Assembly (NCBI GenBank): GCA_023512725.1
Contig: JAILZB010000003.1
Coordinates: forward strand, 1 to 58,006
Reading direction: 5' to 3'
DNA length: 58,006 bases
Origin: Chloroflexota bacterium
Lineage (GTDB): Bacteria; Chloroflexota; Dehalococcoidia; SpSt-223
The notes under the pieces were generated by a model that ran no database searches, was not told the DNA's origin, and worked only from the letters and a program-made list of their open reading frames with translations. Below, in pieces: positions 1 to 12,642 of the stretch. How positions within the stretch are numbered: position 1 is the first letter of the stretch; every line of letters starts with the position of its first letter. A program made the translations under genes and the position numbers.

Positions 1-306
1 GTATTGGGCTTCCCAGACGACCAGGCGGCCGGGCTCCTGCACGTTGTAGCCGAACTCGAAGCCGATCGTGGCGAGCTCGGTGAGAGGGCTGTTGTGGATC
101 TCGAAGCTGGCCCTCGCCTGCGGGATCGCCTGGAGCGGCGTGTAGCGCTCGCCCGTCTCGACGTCGTGGAAGACGGCGTGGCGCTGGCTGAACGTGCCGC
201 GCTCGACGTCCTCGCCGGTGAGGCGGATCGGGATGCCATCCTCGAGGATCGAGGCGAAGGCCAGCTCCTCGGCCGTGGCCCAGTCGATGGTGCGCTCGTC
301 GCCATC
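1..306 (-). CDS. sucA: Internal fragment of 2-oxoglutarate dehydrogenase E1, joined in frame to aroC; runs off the window edge
   Basis: The minus strand reads [48 protein letters not shown]...[17 protein letters not shown]...LVVWEAQY, which are hallmark SucA motifs. Not in the ORF track because there is no stop before the edge. Confidence 0.9.
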
Positions 307-819
307 GATCACGGCGGTGTTCTGGACACCCCCAATGGCTACTGTGTGGGAGCGGACCGAGACGCCAAACTCATCCAAAAACCGACGGGCGACTGCCCCC
401 GCCGCGACTCGCGCGGCGGTCTCGCGGGCGCTCGCCCGTTCGAGGACGTTGCGGATGTCCTGGTGCTGGTACTTGATCGCGCCGGGCAGGTCAGCATGAC
501 CAGGGCGGACGCGGGTGACGGGAGGGATCTCTTCCTCCACCGGCGTCGGGCTCATCTTGGTGGTCCAGTTTGCCCAGTCCTTGTTCTCGATCCGCAGGGC
601 GATGGGGCTCCCGAGCGTCTCCCCGAAGCGAACGCCCCCCTCGATGACGGCGCGGTCTTTCTCGATCTGCTGGCGCGCACCCCGCCCATACCCCCACTGA
701 CGCCGCGCAAGGTCGCGCGCGATCCATTCTTCCGTCAACGGAATGCCCGCTGGCAGACCGTCGATAATGACAGTTAGGGCTGGCCCGTGCGACTCGCCGG
801 CAGTTAGGAAACGGAGCAT
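307..819 (-). CDS. aroC: Chorismate synthase, 5' half only (interrupted near 307)
   Basis: ATG at 819 reads [25 protein letters not shown]...[11 protein letters not shown]...RPGHADL...[18 protein letters not shown]. It overlaps the aroE stop. Confidence 0.93.
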
Positions 820-1685
820 TCCGGCGTTTCCTCCACCATCGCCATTGCCGCCGCTCGCATCTGGGCGAGGGGCGCCTCCTGGCCCGTCCAGAGCTCGAAG
901 GCAACTGCCCCTTGGTAGATGAGCATCGCGAGCCCTCCCAGGGTTGCCAACCCTGCCTGGCGGGCCGCGACCAACAGCGGCGTTTCCATCGGTCGGTACA
1001 CGAGATCGTACACCAGCGCCGAACGGGGGAGCCACCCAAGCGGAATCGGCAGGGCCGCGGGCGCTGGACCGCCCGCCATCCCTACCGCCGTTGCGTTCAC
1101 GACGAGGTCAGCGGCTTGGCAGGCGGCCGCAGCGGCCTCAGCGCTCGCTACCGTGACCCCAGGTAACTCCAGCTCCGCCACCAACCGCGCCGCGCGCTCG
1201 GGGCTCCGGTTGATGATGGTCACGTGGCGCGCTCCAGCCTGGGCGAGGGCGATCGCGCAGGCTCGCGCAGCGCCACCAGCACCGAGGATGACCGCCGCGC
1301 AGCCGCGTGGCTCGAAGCCGGCATCCTCCCGGAGCGCCCGGAGGAACCCGGCACTATCGGTGTTGTAGCCAATGAGCTGGCTTCCCCGGCGAACGATGGT
1401 GTTGACAGCCCGCGCCCGCGCTGCCTCCCCCACCAATTCATCCACCAGCTGGGCCACTTGCTCCTTGTAGGGAATGGTCACGTTCACCCCCAGCCAGGGT
1501 GGCTGGCGCACGGCGGCCACAAAGGTGGGCAGTGCCTCCGGTGGGAGGTCGATCGCCTCGTACCAGCCGGGAAAGCCGCTGGCCCGGAAGGCGGCGTTGT
1601 GCATCGCGGGCGAGAGCGAGTGCCCAACCGGGCTTCCGATCACGCCCGCGCGGTACCGTTCGGGTCGACCAGGTTCTGCTGCCAT
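804..1685 (-). CDS. aroE: Shikimate dehydrogenase
   Basis: Motifs [45 protein letters not shown] and GLAMLIYQG; adjacent to aroC. Confidence 0.96.
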   Translation of the reverse strand: MAAEPGRPERYRAGVIGSPVGHSLSPAMHNAAFRASGFPGWYEAIDLPPEALPTFVAAVRQPPWLGVNVTIPYKEQVAQLVDELVGEAARARAVNTIVRRGSQLIGYNTDSAGFLRALREDAGFEPRGCAAVILGAGGAARACAIALAQAGARHVTIINRSPERAARLVAELELPGVTVASAEAAAAACQAADLVVNATAVGMAGGPAPAALPIPLGWLPRSALVYDLVYRPMETPLLVAARQAGLATLGGLAMLIYQGAVAFELWTGQEAPLAQMRAAAMAMVEETPECSVS

Positions 1686-1830
1686 CCTGAGCGGATGCTA
1701 CGCGCTCGCCGAGCACGCCGTCAAAGGTGCAATCTGCGCTCCGCGGGCCAGAGGGGAGGATATGTCCAGTGGCTGGTCGCCAGCGGTAGCACGCCTGGGC
1801 TCCGCGGGCTAGCAGGTAGGATTCCAGAGC

Positions 1831-2445
1831 ATGGCACGGCGCTGGCTCTTCGGCCTCTTTGCCCTGCTTGGCGCTGGCCTGGCCGGCGGGCTGGGTGCAG
1901 CAGCAGCAGTGGCGGCATTTTGCCAGGAGCCAGCCGCGGCGGATGCGGTGGTGGTGCTCGGCGCGAGCGTTTGGTCGGGAGGGCGCCCCTCGCCGGCTCT
2001 CCGGGCCCGCGCCGAGCGTGGGGTAGAACTGGTCCGCGCGGGCAGGGCCCCGGTGCTGGTCGGCACGGGGGGCGTGGGAGCATTCCCGCCCGCCGAGGGT
2101 GCGGTCATCGCGCAACTGGCCATTGAGCAGGGGGTGCCACCGGCCGCGGTGGTGATCGAGAACCGGGCCCGCAGCACCGAGGAGAGCGCTCTCTTTCTGC
2201 GCCAACTGGCGGATGGCTACGGCTGGCGCCGCCTGGTCCTAGTCTCCGATGCCTACCATCTGCCCCGCGCGGCCTGGCTGTTCCAGGAACGGGGGTTCGA
2301 AGTCCAGACGGCCTGCACCGATGCCAGTGGCTACCGCCGCGAGACGCTGGTCTACCAGGCGCTGCGTGAGGTCGCGGGCGTGCTTGCCTACGCTCTCACC
2401 CGCTGGCTGGTGATCCCTGGTTCCACCGGGCTAGGCAGCACATAG
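1831..2445 (+). CDS. YdcF/DUF218 (ElyC/SanA-like) membrane-anchored protein
   Basis: N-terminal TM segment, then DAVVVLG, TGG, ENRARSTEE, VSDAYHLPRA and LRE motifs. Confidence 0.9.
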   Translation: MARRWLFGLFALLGAGLAGGLGAAAAVAAFCQEPAAADAVVVLGASVWSGGRPSPALRARAERGVELVRAGRAPVLVGTGGVGAFPPAEGAVIAQLAIEQGVPPAAVVIENRARSTEESALFLRQLADGYGWRRLVLVSDAYHLPRAAWLFQERGFEVQTACTDASGYRRETLVYQALREVAGVLAYALTRWLVIPGSTGLGST

Positions 2446-2500
2446 ACGCTTCCGGCCCTGCGCCCCCACGGGCATCGACTGCCCAAGCTCGGAAGCGCCC

Positions 2501-2511
2501 TGTGGTAGAAT
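2501..2511 (+). promoter_or_regulatory. Extended -10 promoter element for the tRNA pair
   Basis: TGTGGTAGAAT (TGn-TAGAAT), 6 nt before the first tRNA. Confidence 0.6.
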
Positions 2512-2517
2512 CCGGGT

Positions 2518-2601
2518 GGAGAGATGTCCGAGTGGCTGAAGGAGCTCGTCTCGAAAACGAGTAGGCGATGAGCCTCGTGGGTTCGAATCCCACTCTCTCC
2601 G
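2518..2601 (+). tRNA. tRNA-Ser(CGA); CCA not encoded
   Basis: Acceptor stem GGAGAG/CTCTCC, anticodon arm CTCGT-CT-CGA-AA-ACGAG, long variable arm, T-loop GGTTCGAATCC. Confidence 0.95.
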
Positions 2602-2626
2602 CCGTCCGTTGCGTTCCCCGCCGTCC

Positions 2627-2716
2627 GGAGAGGTCGCTTAGTCTGGCCTAGAGCGCGCGACTGGAAATCGCGTGGGGCGTAAGCCCTCGTGGGTTCGAAT
2701 CCCACCCTCTCCGCCA
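2627..2716 (+). tRNA. tRNA-Ser(GGA); CCA encoded
   Basis: Acceptor stem GGAGAGG/CCTCTCC, anticodon arm CGCGA-CT-GGA-AA-TCGCG, long variable arm, GGTTCGAATCC, ends GCCA. Confidence 0.95.
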
Positions 2717-2764
2717 CGGGCGCCCACTGGGCGTACGCGTCTTCCTCCCGCGCGTGCTGGGCCG

Positions 2765-3238
2765 TTAGGCACCGGGGCGACGCTCCCCCTCCGCACCGTT
2801 CCCCGATGGTCGGCTCGCTGCCGCACCACCAGGCGGCCCGCCAGCCACCCCGGGCGGTGGGCTACCGACAGCCCCGGGTGGAGGCCCCCCGGCAACGCGC
2901 TGCGCATACTCGCGTTCAAGGTCCGCTCGGGTGGCTTCGGCGGCCTGGCGTCCCCGGGCCAAGGCCTGCTTGAGTTGAGTGGCCTTGGCAGCGCGCCAGT
3001 TCTTAAAGACCGTGTTCAGGTCGATGAGCGCCTCACGCGCAGTGGTGCGGAACTCGTCGAACTGGTCGGGGAACTCACCGAACCGCTCGCGCAGCGTCTG
3101 ACGCGTCTGGCGGCCGGGCCGGGGAGCAAACAGCACCCCCAGCGCTCCGCCGAGCGCCAGCCCCCAGAGGAGCCCGTTACGGAACGGGTGTCCCTTTTTC
3201 TTCGCCTTCGGTTCGTCGTTGGCTGGCTTCTTGGCCAT
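2765..3238 (-). CDS. YtxH domain-containing protein
   Basis: GLLWGLALGGALGVLFAPRPGRQTR is the YtxH signature, followed by a helical region. Confidence 0.85.
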   Translation of the reverse strand: MAKKPANDEPKAKKKGHPFRNGLLWGLALGGALGVLFAPRPGRQTRQTLRERFGEFPDQFDEFRTTAREALIDLNTVFKNWRAAKATQLKQALARGRQAAEATRADLEREYAQRVAGGPPPGAVGSPPPGVAGGPPGGAAASRPSGNGAEGERRPGA

Positions 3239-3590
3239 CGCTCTGCCCTCCTGTGATAACTGCTGCGAGCGCCTGGACCGTCGCTCGCGCTCCCGCGAAG
3301 AAACTCGCGATGGTGATGATCGGCTTGACCACCTTCTCCGAGGAGATCGCCGCCGCTACCTCCACCCGGTGGGCGGCCCGCTCGACGGCTTGGACCGAGC
3401 GCTGGGCAGTTTCCAGGATCGGTGGTACCTGGTCGATCAGTGGGGGCACCCGGTCGAGCACCGGCATCACCTTGCGCTGCAAGGTCCGCACCAGGAGAAA
3501 GAGGGCCACGGCAAGCGCCGTGATCGCCAGCGCCTGGATGATCGCAAAGACGGCGAGGATAATGATCGACAGATCGCGCGCTGTCTCCAC
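3177..3590 (-). CDS. DUF948/YtxG-like membrane coiled-coil protein
   Basis: N-terminal TM helix and heptad-like helix; directly upstream of the YtxH gene; SD GGAGG before the GTG. Confidence 0.65.
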   Translation of the reverse strand: METARDLSIIILAVFAIIQALAITALAVALFLLVRTLQRKVMPVLDRVPPLIDQVPPILETAQRSVQAVERAAHRVEVAAAISSEKVVKPIITIASFFAGARATVQALAAVITGGQSDGQEASQRRTEGEEKGTPVP

Positions 3591-3626
3591 GCGCTCGTCC
3601 TCCCGTGACCTGGTGGGGCGAGTATA

Positions 3627-4739
3627 TCACAGTGCCGGGCAATCGTTTGCCTGCTCGCTTACTTCCTGCTCGACCACCGCAATCACGCCCCCTCCCAGCA
3701 CTTCCTCCCCCTGGTAGAAGACCACCGCCTGCCCGGGGGAGAGGGCGCGCTGCGGCTCATCGAACTCGACGCGCGCGGTCGTTCCCGTCGCGATGACGGT
3801 TGCCGCCGCCTCGGGGGCCCGGTAGCGCACCTTTGCCTGGACGCGCAGGGGCTCGATCGGCGGCTGCCCAGCCACCCAGCGGACCTCCTCCGCCCAGAGC
3901 ACCCGCCGGAACAGCCGGGCTGCCGACCCGACCACGACCCGATTGCGCGCCGCGTCGACCTGGATGACGTAGCGTGGCTCGGCGGCTGCTACCCCGAGGC
4001 CCCGCCGCTGGCCGACCGTAAAATTTGCGGCTCCCGGGTGGTAGGCCAGCACCCGCCCCTGCTCATCGACAATTTCGCCCGTGGGCAGGCGCCCGAGCCG
4101 CTCGCGCAGAAAGTCGCGGTAGTCCTGCCCTTGGAGAAAACAGATCTCCTGGCTGTCGGGCTTCCCCGCCACCGGCAGGCCCAAGCGCGCGGCGATCGCC
4201 CGCACCTCGCTCTTGGGGTAGTGCCCGATCGGGAGCAGCAGCTGGGCCAGTTCCCGCTGGCCGAGGGGGTAGAGGACATACGACTGGTCCTTGGCCGCAT
4301 CGACCGCCTTGAGCAAGTGGAAGCGCCCATCCTGCTCCCGGATGCGCGCGTAGTGCCCGGTGGCGAGATAGTCGCAGCCAAGGGCGCGGGCCCGCCGGAG
4401 CAAGAGGTCGAACTTCAGGAACTGATTACAGGCCAGACAGGGGTTGGGCGTTCGGCCACGGGTGTATTCGGTGACGAACGTGTCGACGACGGTGCGCTCG
4501 AACTCGCGCTCGAAGTTGAGGACGTAGTACGGAAAGCCGAGCAGCCCGGCCACCCGGCGGGCATCATCCGTCTCTTCGATCGAGCAGCAGCCCCGATGAT
4601 GGGGCGGCGCATCCGGACGCTCCTTGGTCCATAAGCGCATGGTCACGCCGACGACCTCATAGCCCTGCTCGAGCAGCAACGCCGCCGCCACCGAGGAGTC
4701 GACCCCCCCGCTCATCGCCACCATCACGCGCTGCGCCAT
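3627..4739 (-). CDS. mnmA: tRNA 2-thiouridine(34) synthase
   Basis: Motifs AMSGGVDSS, TPNPCLACN, ATGHYA, KDQSY, DSQEICF, TVGQRRG and PGQAVVFY. Start trimmed to ATG 4739. Confidence 0.97.
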   Translation of the reverse strand: MAQRVMVAMSGGVDSSVAAALLLEQGYEVVGVTMRLWTKERPDAPPHHRGCCSIEETDDARRVAGLLGFPYYVLNFEREFERTVVDTFVTEYTRGRTPNPCLACNQFLKFDLLLRRARALGCDYLATGHYARIREQDGRFHLLKAVDAAKDQSYVLYPLGQRELAQLLLPIGHYPKSEVRAIAARLGLPVAGKPDSQEICFLQGQDYRDFLRERLGRLPTGEIVDEQGRVLAYHPGAANFTVGQRRGLGVAAAEPRYVIQVDAARNRVVVGSAARLFRRVLWAEEVRWVAGQPPIEPLRVQAKVRYRAPEAAATVIATGTTARVEFDEPQRALSPGQAVVFYQGEEVLGGGVIAVVEQEVSEQANDCPAL

Positions 4740-4824
4740 CGTGCGCCCTCTCTCCCGGCAAAACCTCAGGACTGTACCACGCCGGCCAACGGAGCAGCAA
4801 ACCGGTTGCCATGACGGGTAGTGA

Positions 4825-6514
<1,690 letters not shown>

Positions 6515-6518
<4 letters not shown>

Positions 6519-7861
6519 GACCGGTGCTGCTCCAGGGCGGGTGGGTTGTCGACCCGGCCAGCGAGCGCGAGGAACTCGCCGACGTGCTGCTGCGCGAGGG
6601 GTGCGTCGCTGCGGTGGGGCGTGGGCTGGGCACGCCCGACGATGCCCTCGTTATCGACTGCCGTGGCAAGGTCGTCGCCCCCGGCTTGATCGACCTGCAC
6701 TGCCACCTGCGAGACCCCGGCCTGACCGAGAAGGAGACGATCGCCACCGGCACGGCTGCTGCCGCCGCGGGCGGCTTCACCACCGTCTGCTGCATGCCGA
6801 ACACCGACCCCGTCGTCGACAGTGGAAGCGTGGTGGAGTCCATCCTGCGCACGGCAGCACGGGAGGGCAGCGTGCGAGTGCTGCCGATCGGCGCGGTGAC
6901 CAAAGGGCAGGCCGGGCGGGAGCTGGCCGAACTGGCGGACCTCGCGGCGGCGGGAGCGGTTGCCTTCTCCGATGATGGCCGACCAGTCGCGAGCGCTGCC
7001 CTGCTCCGCCACGCCCTGGAATACAGCCAGCTCGTCCAGCGTCCGATCATCGACCACTGCGAGGAGCCCAGCCTCACGGTGGGCGCGGTTGCTCATGAAG
7101 GTCCAGTCGCCACCTGCCTCGGCCTACGGGGCTGGCCCGCGGCCGCCGAAACGATCGCCATCGCCCGCGACCTGGAACTCGCCGCTCTCACTGGCGGGCG
7201 GCTCCATATTGCCCACGTCTCGACGGCCGGCGGGGTTGCCCTGATCCGCGAGGCGAAGCGACGCGGCCTGCCAGTCACCGCCGAGGTCACCCCCCACCAC
7301 CTGACCCTGACCGACGAGTGGTTGCTCGGCGAGGGCCTCCACTGGCCGGCGCTCGGCGGTGAGCCGCTCCCCCGACGGGCACCCTACGACCCGCGGACGA
7401 AGGTCAACCCGCCGCTGCGAGGTCGCGAGGATGTCGCCGCGCTCATCGCTGCGCTGGCCGACGGGACGATCGATGCTATCGCGACCGACCATGCTCCCCA
7501 TACGCTCACCGATAAGCTGTGCGAGTACGACCAGGCGGCCTTCGGGATCTCGGGCCTGGAAACGGCCCTCGCTGCGGTGCTGGCACTCGTCCGGAGCGGC
7601 GCGCTCTCGCTCCGTCGGGTGATCGCCGCGTTCTCGATCGGGCCGCGCCAGGTGCTTGGGGAAGGCGCGCGGGCAGCATCGCCCGGTCGGCTGGCACCCG
7701 GCGACCCAGCCGACGTGGTGGTGTTCGACCCTGACGCCAGCTGGGTGGTCGACCCCCACGCCTTCCGCTCCAAGGGGCAGAACACCCCGCTGGCGGGCGT
7801 CCGGCTCCAGGGGCGGGTCACGCATACCTTCGTCGCCGGAAGAGGGGTCCACGGTGAGTGA
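6515..7861 (+). CDS. pyrC: Dihydroorotase
   Basis: Motifs DLHCHLRDPG, MPNT, FSDDG, EVTPHHL, KVNPPLR and ATDHAPH. Confidence 0.96.
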
Positions 7862-8942
7862 GACGCAACCGGCCGTGCTGGTGCTGGAAGATGGCACCGT
7901 CTACCGCGGCCGCAGCATCGGCGCGCCGACCAGCGCCGTCGGCGAGTTGGTCTTCAATACTTCGATGTTCGGCTACCAGGAGATCCTGACCGACCCATCC
8001 TACGCCGGCCAGATCGTCCTGATGACCTATCCCCTGATCGGCAACTACGGCATCAACCTGGAAGACAGCGAGTCCCGCCGCATCCAGGTGGCGGGCTTCA
8101 TCGTGCGCGAGGCCTGCCGCGAGCCGAGCCACAACCGCGCCGTGGCCACCCTCCCGGAGTGGCTGCAAGCCCAGGGCATTCCTGCCATCGAAGGCGTGGA
8201 CACGCGTGCGATCACCCGGCGGCTTCGGATGCGCGGGGTGATGATGAGCGCGCTGGCCGTTGGCGAAGGGGTGGGGACGGTCCTCGAGCGGCTGCGCAGT
8301 GCTGAGCGCTACGAAACAGTCAACTACGTGCCGCTTGTCTCCACCGACCGCCCCTACGTTAGCACCAGCGCGGATGGGCAGCTGCACGTTGTCATCCTTG
8401 ACCTGGGCGTCAAGTACAACATCGAGCGCTCGTTGCGGCAGCTCGGCTGCCGGGTGACGGTGATGCCCGCCGAGACCAGCGCCGAGACCCTGCTCGCCCT
8501 CCGACCGGATGGCCTGGTGCTCTCCCCGGGTCCCGGCGACCCCGCCCAGCTGGATGGGATCGTCCGCGCGGTGCGGGCACTGCTTGGGCGGCTCCCGATC
8601 TTCGGGATCTGCCTCGGTCACCAGCTGCTCGCCCGCGCCCTCGGCGCGCAGACGTTCAAGCTGAAGTTCGGCCACCGGGGGGGCAACCACCCCGTCAAGG
8701 ACCTGCTAAGCGGCAAAGTCACGATCACCGCCCAGAACCATGGCTACGCGGTGGACCCAGATACCCTCCGGGGCGGGGCCGAAGTCAGCCAGATCAACTT
8801 GAACGATGGGACCGTCGAGGGGCTGACCCACCGGAGCCTGCCCTTGCTCTCGATCCAATACCACGCCGAGGCGTCGCCCGGCCCCTGGGAGAACCGGGAG
8901 GCCTTCGAGCGGTTCCTCGCGCTCATCCGGACGTTCCGATGA
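7854..8942 (+). CDS. carA: Carbamoyl-phosphate synthase small subunit
   Basis: Motifs [42 protein letters not shown] and [10 protein letters not shown]. Start trimmed to GTG 7854. Confidence 0.97.
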   Translation: MSETQPAVLVLEDGTVYRGRSIGAPTSAVGELVFNTSMFGYQEILTDPSYAGQIVLMTYPLIGNYGINLEDSESRRIQVAGFIVREACREPSHNRAVATLPEWLQAQGIPAIEGVDTRAITRRLRMRGVMMSALAVGEGVGTVLERLRSAERYETVNYVPLVSTDRPYVSTSADGQLHVVILDLGVKYNIERSLRQLGCRVTVMPAETSAETLLALRPDGLVLSPGPGDPAQLDGIVRAVRALLGRLPIFGICLGHQLLARALGAQTFKLKFGHRGGNHPVKDLLSGKVTITAQNHGYAVDPDTLRGGAEVSQINLNDGTVEGLTHRSLPLLSIQYHAEASPGPWENREAFERFLALIRTFR

Positions 8943-11900
8943 CCAAGCCTGAGAAGGTGCTCGTGATCGGCTCCGGGCCGATCGTGATCGGCCAGGCAGC
9001 CGAATTTGACTACGCCGGCACCCAGGCCTGCCGGGCCCTGCGGGAAGAAGGGGTCCGCACGGTCCTGGTCAACTCGAACCCGGCGACAATCATGACCGAT
9101 GAAGACGTGGCCGATGTGGTCTACATCGAGCCGCTGACGGTCGAGTTTCTGGAGCAGGTGATCGCCCGCGAGCGTCCCGACGGGCTGCTCCCCTCCCTGG
9201 GTGGCCAGACGGGACTGAATTTGGCGGTTGAGCTGGCTGAGGCCGGCATCCTTGACCGCTACCAGGTACGGGTGCTGGGCACCCCGCTTGGCGCGATTAA
9301 AGCGGCGGAGGACCGCCAGCTGTTCAAAGAGCTGCTGCTCCGGATCGGCGAACCGGTGCCGCCCAGCCGGACCTGCCACCGCTACGAGGAAGCGCTCGAA
9401 TTTGCCCGCCAGGTCGGCCTGCCGCTCATCGTTCGCCCGGCCTTCACCCTCGGGGGTACGGGAGGTGGGGTGGCGTCCACCTGGGAGGAGTTCGAGCGGA
9501 TCGTCACGGGTGGGCTTGCTGCCAGCCCGATCCACCAGGTGCTGGTCGAGACGAGCCTGCTGGGCTGGAAAGAGCTGGAATACGAGGTGATGCGGGATAG
9601 TGCCGACACCTGCATCATCGTCTGCAACATGGAGAACCTCGACCCGATGGGCGTCCACACGGGCGACTCCATCGTGGTCGCGCCGAGCCAGACCCTGACC
9701 GACAAAGAGCACCAGATGCTTCGCAGCGCGAGCCTGCGGATCATCCGGGCACTCGGCATCGAAGGGGGCTGCAATATCCAGTTCGCCCTGCCACCTCGCC
9801 GCCTCGACCGGACGGAACGGCGCTGCAGCCTCCCCGGCACCCGCGAGCCTGGCCCCGCGCCAGCGGCGGCCCCCCTGCCCGAGTACTACGTCATCGAGGT
9901 GAACCCGCGGGTCAGCCGCTCCTCGGCCCTGGCGAGCAAGGCCACGGGCTATCCGATCGCGCGTGTCTCCGCCAAGATCGCGATCGGGCGACGGCTGGAC
10001 GAGATCCCGAACGCCGTCACCCGCAAGACTCTTGCTGCCTTCGAACCAGCCCTTGACTACTGCGTGGTGAAGATCCCGCGTTGGCCGTTCGATAAGTTCG
10101 CTTCGGGCGACCGTGGGATCGGTACCCAGATGAAGTCGACCGGCGAGGTGATGGCGATCGGGCGCTCCTTCGAAGCGGCGCTCAATAAAGCGGTGCGCTC
10201 CCTCGAATTTGGCGGCCGCTCGCTTCAGTGGGAAGATGCCCGCTGGGCAGCGGAGTACCGTCGCCTCGCCGCAGCAGGAGAGAACCCGCTCGCAGCCTTT
10301 CCCCTCTTCCCGAACGACTTGCGGCTCTGGGCGCTGATGGCTGCGCTCCGGCGTGGCCATTCCATCGAGGAGCTGTTCCAGGTGACCAGCATCGACCCCT
10401 GGTTCCTCGCCAAGCTGCGCGGGCTGGTCCACCTGGAGGAGCGCTTGCTGCGGGAGCCACTCACCCCCGCGCTGCTCCGTGAGGCCAAGGCGGCCGGGAT
10501 GAGCGACAGCCAGATTGGTGTGCTCGCCGACCGCCTGCCCGAGCAAGTGCGGGCGTTGCGGCAGAGCTGGGGGATCCGGCCGGTCTATAAGATGGTCGAT
10601 ACCTGTGCCGCAGAGTTCGAGGCTGCCACGCCCTACTTCTACAGCAGCATCGACGAGGAGAATGAGGCGCTCCCCGAGGAAGGCCCAGCGGCTGCCGTCA
10701 TCGGCAGTGGCCCGATCCGGATTGGCCAGGGTATCGAGTTCGACTACTGCTCGGTCCATGCCGCCTGGGCCCTCCGCGATGCTGGCCACCGCAGCATCAT
10801 GATCAACTCCAACCCTGAGACCGTCTCGACCGACTTCGATACCTCTGACCGGCTGTACTTTGAGCCGCTCGATGAAGAAGCCGTGCGCGATGTGCTCGAA
10901 AACGAATCGGGTGGCAGCGAAGGCCGGGTACCGGTGGTGGTACAGTTCGGCGGGCAGACCGCAGTCAACTTGGCCGGGCCGCTTCACCGGGCGGGAGTGC
11001 CGATCCTCGGCTCGGGGGCGGAGGCGATCGACCTGGCGGAAGACCGGCGGCGGTTCGAACGTTTCCTGAGCGAACTCGGCATTCCCCAGCCGCCTGGTGG
11101 AGGGGTCGTCTCGGTCGAGCAGGGGCTGGCGGTGGCCGAAGCGATCGGGTACCCCGTGCTGGTCCGGCCGAGCTACGTCCTCGGCGGTCGAGCGATGGAG
11201 ATCGTCCAATCGCCGGAGGAACTGGTGCGGGTGCTCGGCCCGGCCCTCGAGCAGTCCGCGCCCCATCCGGTGCTGATCGATAAGTACCTGGAAGGGAAAG
11301 AGGTCGAGATCGACGCCATCTGTGACGGCGAGCAGGTGCTGATCCCGGGGGTGATGGAGCACATCGAGCGGGCTGGCGTCCACAGCGGCGATTCGATGAC
11401 GATCTACCCACCGCCGACGCTCCATCCCAGCGAGATCGCGCAGGTGGTCGATTCCAGCACCCGGATCGCCCTGGCGCTGGGCGTGCGCGGCCTGATGAAC
11501 GCCCAGTACGTGGTGGTGCGTGAGGGCGGCCCGACGGCGCCTGGTCCCGGCCAGGTCTACGTACTGGAGGTCAACCCGCGGGCCAGCCGGACTGTCCCCT
11601 ACCTGGCCAAGGCGAGTGGGGTGCCGATTGTGCGGGTGGCCACCCAGGTGATGCTGGGCCGCACCCTGGCCGAGCAGGGTTATCGCGGTGGCCTCTGGCC
11701 GGCACCACCGCTCTATGCTATCAAGGCGCCGGTCTTTTCTATGTCGAAGCTCGCTGGGGTCGATACCTTCCTGGGCCCCGAGATGAAGTCGACCGGTGAG
11801 GTGATGGGGATCGACCGCTCGCTACCGGCAGCACTGGCCAAGACGGTGCTCGCAGCAGGGATGCGCGTTCCGCCCGGGAGCGCGCTCCTCCTCTCGATCG

Positions 11901-12283
11901 CGGACCGCGACAAGCCCGCCTCCCTCCCGATCATCCGCGCCTTTGCGCGGGCGGGCTGCCGCTTCTTCGCCACCGAAGGCACTGCCGAGATGCTGCGGGC
12001 AGCCCAGATCCCGGTCGTCGAGGTGCCCAAGAAGCTTTCCGAGGGGCACCCGAACTGCGTCGATGTCATCCGCGATGGCACCGTGCAGGGGGTGATCAAC
12101 ACCCTAACTGGCCGCCCGACGCCCCTACGAGACGGGTTCGAGATCCGCCGCGCCGCCGCTGAACGCCGTATCCCCTGCTTCACCTCACTGGATACCGCGG
12201 CAGCCGCCGCCCAGGCGCTCCTAGCGGAAGGGATGCGCTACACCGTGCTCCCCCTCCCGGCGTACCGGCAGGCTGCCTCCTGA
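8939..12283 (+). CDS. carB: Carbamoyl-phosphate synthase large subunit
   Basis: [15 protein letters not shown], two ATP-grasp halves ([10 protein letters not shown] and EVNPRASRT) and a C-terminal MGS domain. Confidence 0.98.
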   Translation: MTKPEKVLVIGSGPIVIGQAAEFDYAGTQACRALREEGVRTVLVNSNPATIMTDEDVADVVYIEPLTVEFLEQVIARERPDGLLPSLGGQTGLNLAVELAEAGILDRYQVRVLGTPLGAIKAAEDRQLFKELLLRIGEPVPPSRTCHRYEEALEFARQVGLPLIVRPAFTLGGTGGGVASTWEEFERIVTGGLAASPIHQVLVETSLLGWKELEYEVMRDSADTCIIVCNMENLDPMGVHTGDSIVVAPSQTLTDKEHQMLRSASLRIIRALGIEGGCNIQFALPPRRLDRTERRCSLPGTREPGPAPAAAPLPEYYVIEVNPRVSRSSALASKATGYPIARVSAKIAIGRRLDEIPNAVTRKTLAAFEPALDYCVVKIPRWPFDKFASGDRGIGTQMKSTGEVMAIGRSFEAALNKAVRSLEFGGRSLQWEDARWAAEYRRLAAAGENPLAAFPLFPNDLRLWALMAALRRGHSIEELFQVTSIDPWFLAKLRGLVHLEERLLREPLTPALLREAKAAGMSDSQIGVLADRLPEQVRALRQSWGIRPVYKMVDTCAAEFEAATPYFYSSIDEENEALPEEGPAAAVIGSGPIRIGQGIEFDYCSVHAAWALRDAGHRSIMINSNPETVSTDFDTSDRLYFEPLDEEAVRDVLENESGGSEGRVPVVVQFGGQTAVNLAGPLHRAGVPILGSGAEAIDLAEDRRRFERFLSELGIPQPPGGGVVSVEQGLAVAEAIGYPVLVRPSYVLGGRAMEIVQSPEELVRVLGPALEQSAPHPVLIDKYLEGKEVEIDAICDGEQVLIPGVMEHIERAGVHSGDSMTIYPPPTLHPSEIAQVVDSSTRIALALGVRGLMNAQYVVVREGGPTAPGPGQVYVLEVNPRASRTVPYLAKASGVPIVRVATQVMLGRTLAEQGYRGGLWPAPPLYAIKAPVFSMSKLAGVDTFLGPEMKSTGEVMGIDRSLPAALAKTVLAAGMRVPPGSALLLSIADRDKPASLPIIRAFARAGCRFFATEGTAEMLRAAQIPVVEVPKKLSEGHPNCVDVIRDGTVQGVINTLTGRPTPLRDGFEIRRAAAERRIPCFTSLDTAAAAAQALLAEGMRYTVLPLPAYRQAAS

Positions 12284-12556
12284 GGGAAGCCCCAGCACCA
12301 TCGATTGCCGGCCTGAGCTGTCCTTGCCAGGGAAGGATAGCCATGCTCGGAGGATCCTGAGCGCACCCAGACCCGTCCCCTGTACCAAGCAGCGAGCCCA
12401 GGCCTGTCCGCCCGGCGGCCAGCGCACACCCCGCGTGGAAGCAGGCCGCGCTGAGCCCGCCTCCTTCGGGAGATGCCACGGGGGGCAAGCGGATATTCAG
12501 CCGTCGGTCCTGCGGAGCGATCTCCTCCCGGGGGCCACGGCCAGGGCCAGCGGAAG

Positions 12557-12574
12557 ATGAGAAACTCATGAGAA
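12557..12574. promoter_or_regulatory. ATGAGAA direct repeat with an 11-bp period; candidate OmpR/PhoB-family operator
   Basis: ATGAGAA at 12557-63 and at 12568-74, in an intergenic region. Confidence 0.4.
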
Positions 12575-12587
12575 TCCGGGACCAAGT

Positions 12588-12608
12588 TGTGGATAAGTCT
12601 GTGGAAAA
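12588..12608 (-). promoter_or_regulatory. Tandem DnaA boxes
   Basis: TGTGGATAA (12588-96) is a perfect TTATCCACA on the minus strand. TGTGGAAAA (12600-08) has one mismatch. Same orientation, 3 bp apart. Confidence 0.7.
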
Positions 12609-12613
12609 GCCAC

Positions 12614-12642
12614 TGGAGAAGCTCGGACTGTCGGACTATCAT
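12614..12642 (+). promoter_or_regulatory. Putative sigma70 promoter
   Basis: TGGAGA-17 nt-TATCAT, just downstream of the DnaA boxes. Confidence 0.45.

Noticed and set aside
4-777. 257-aa plus-strand ORF
   Set aside because: Antisense shadow of the aroC/sucA frame; no motifs of its own.
2717-2764. Integrated element at tRNA-Ser
   Set aside because: No integrase, no separate att duplication elsewhere in the window, and no visible composition shift.
8744-11425. 893-aa minus-strand ORF
   Set aside because: Codon-register shadow of carB, as expected at high GC3.
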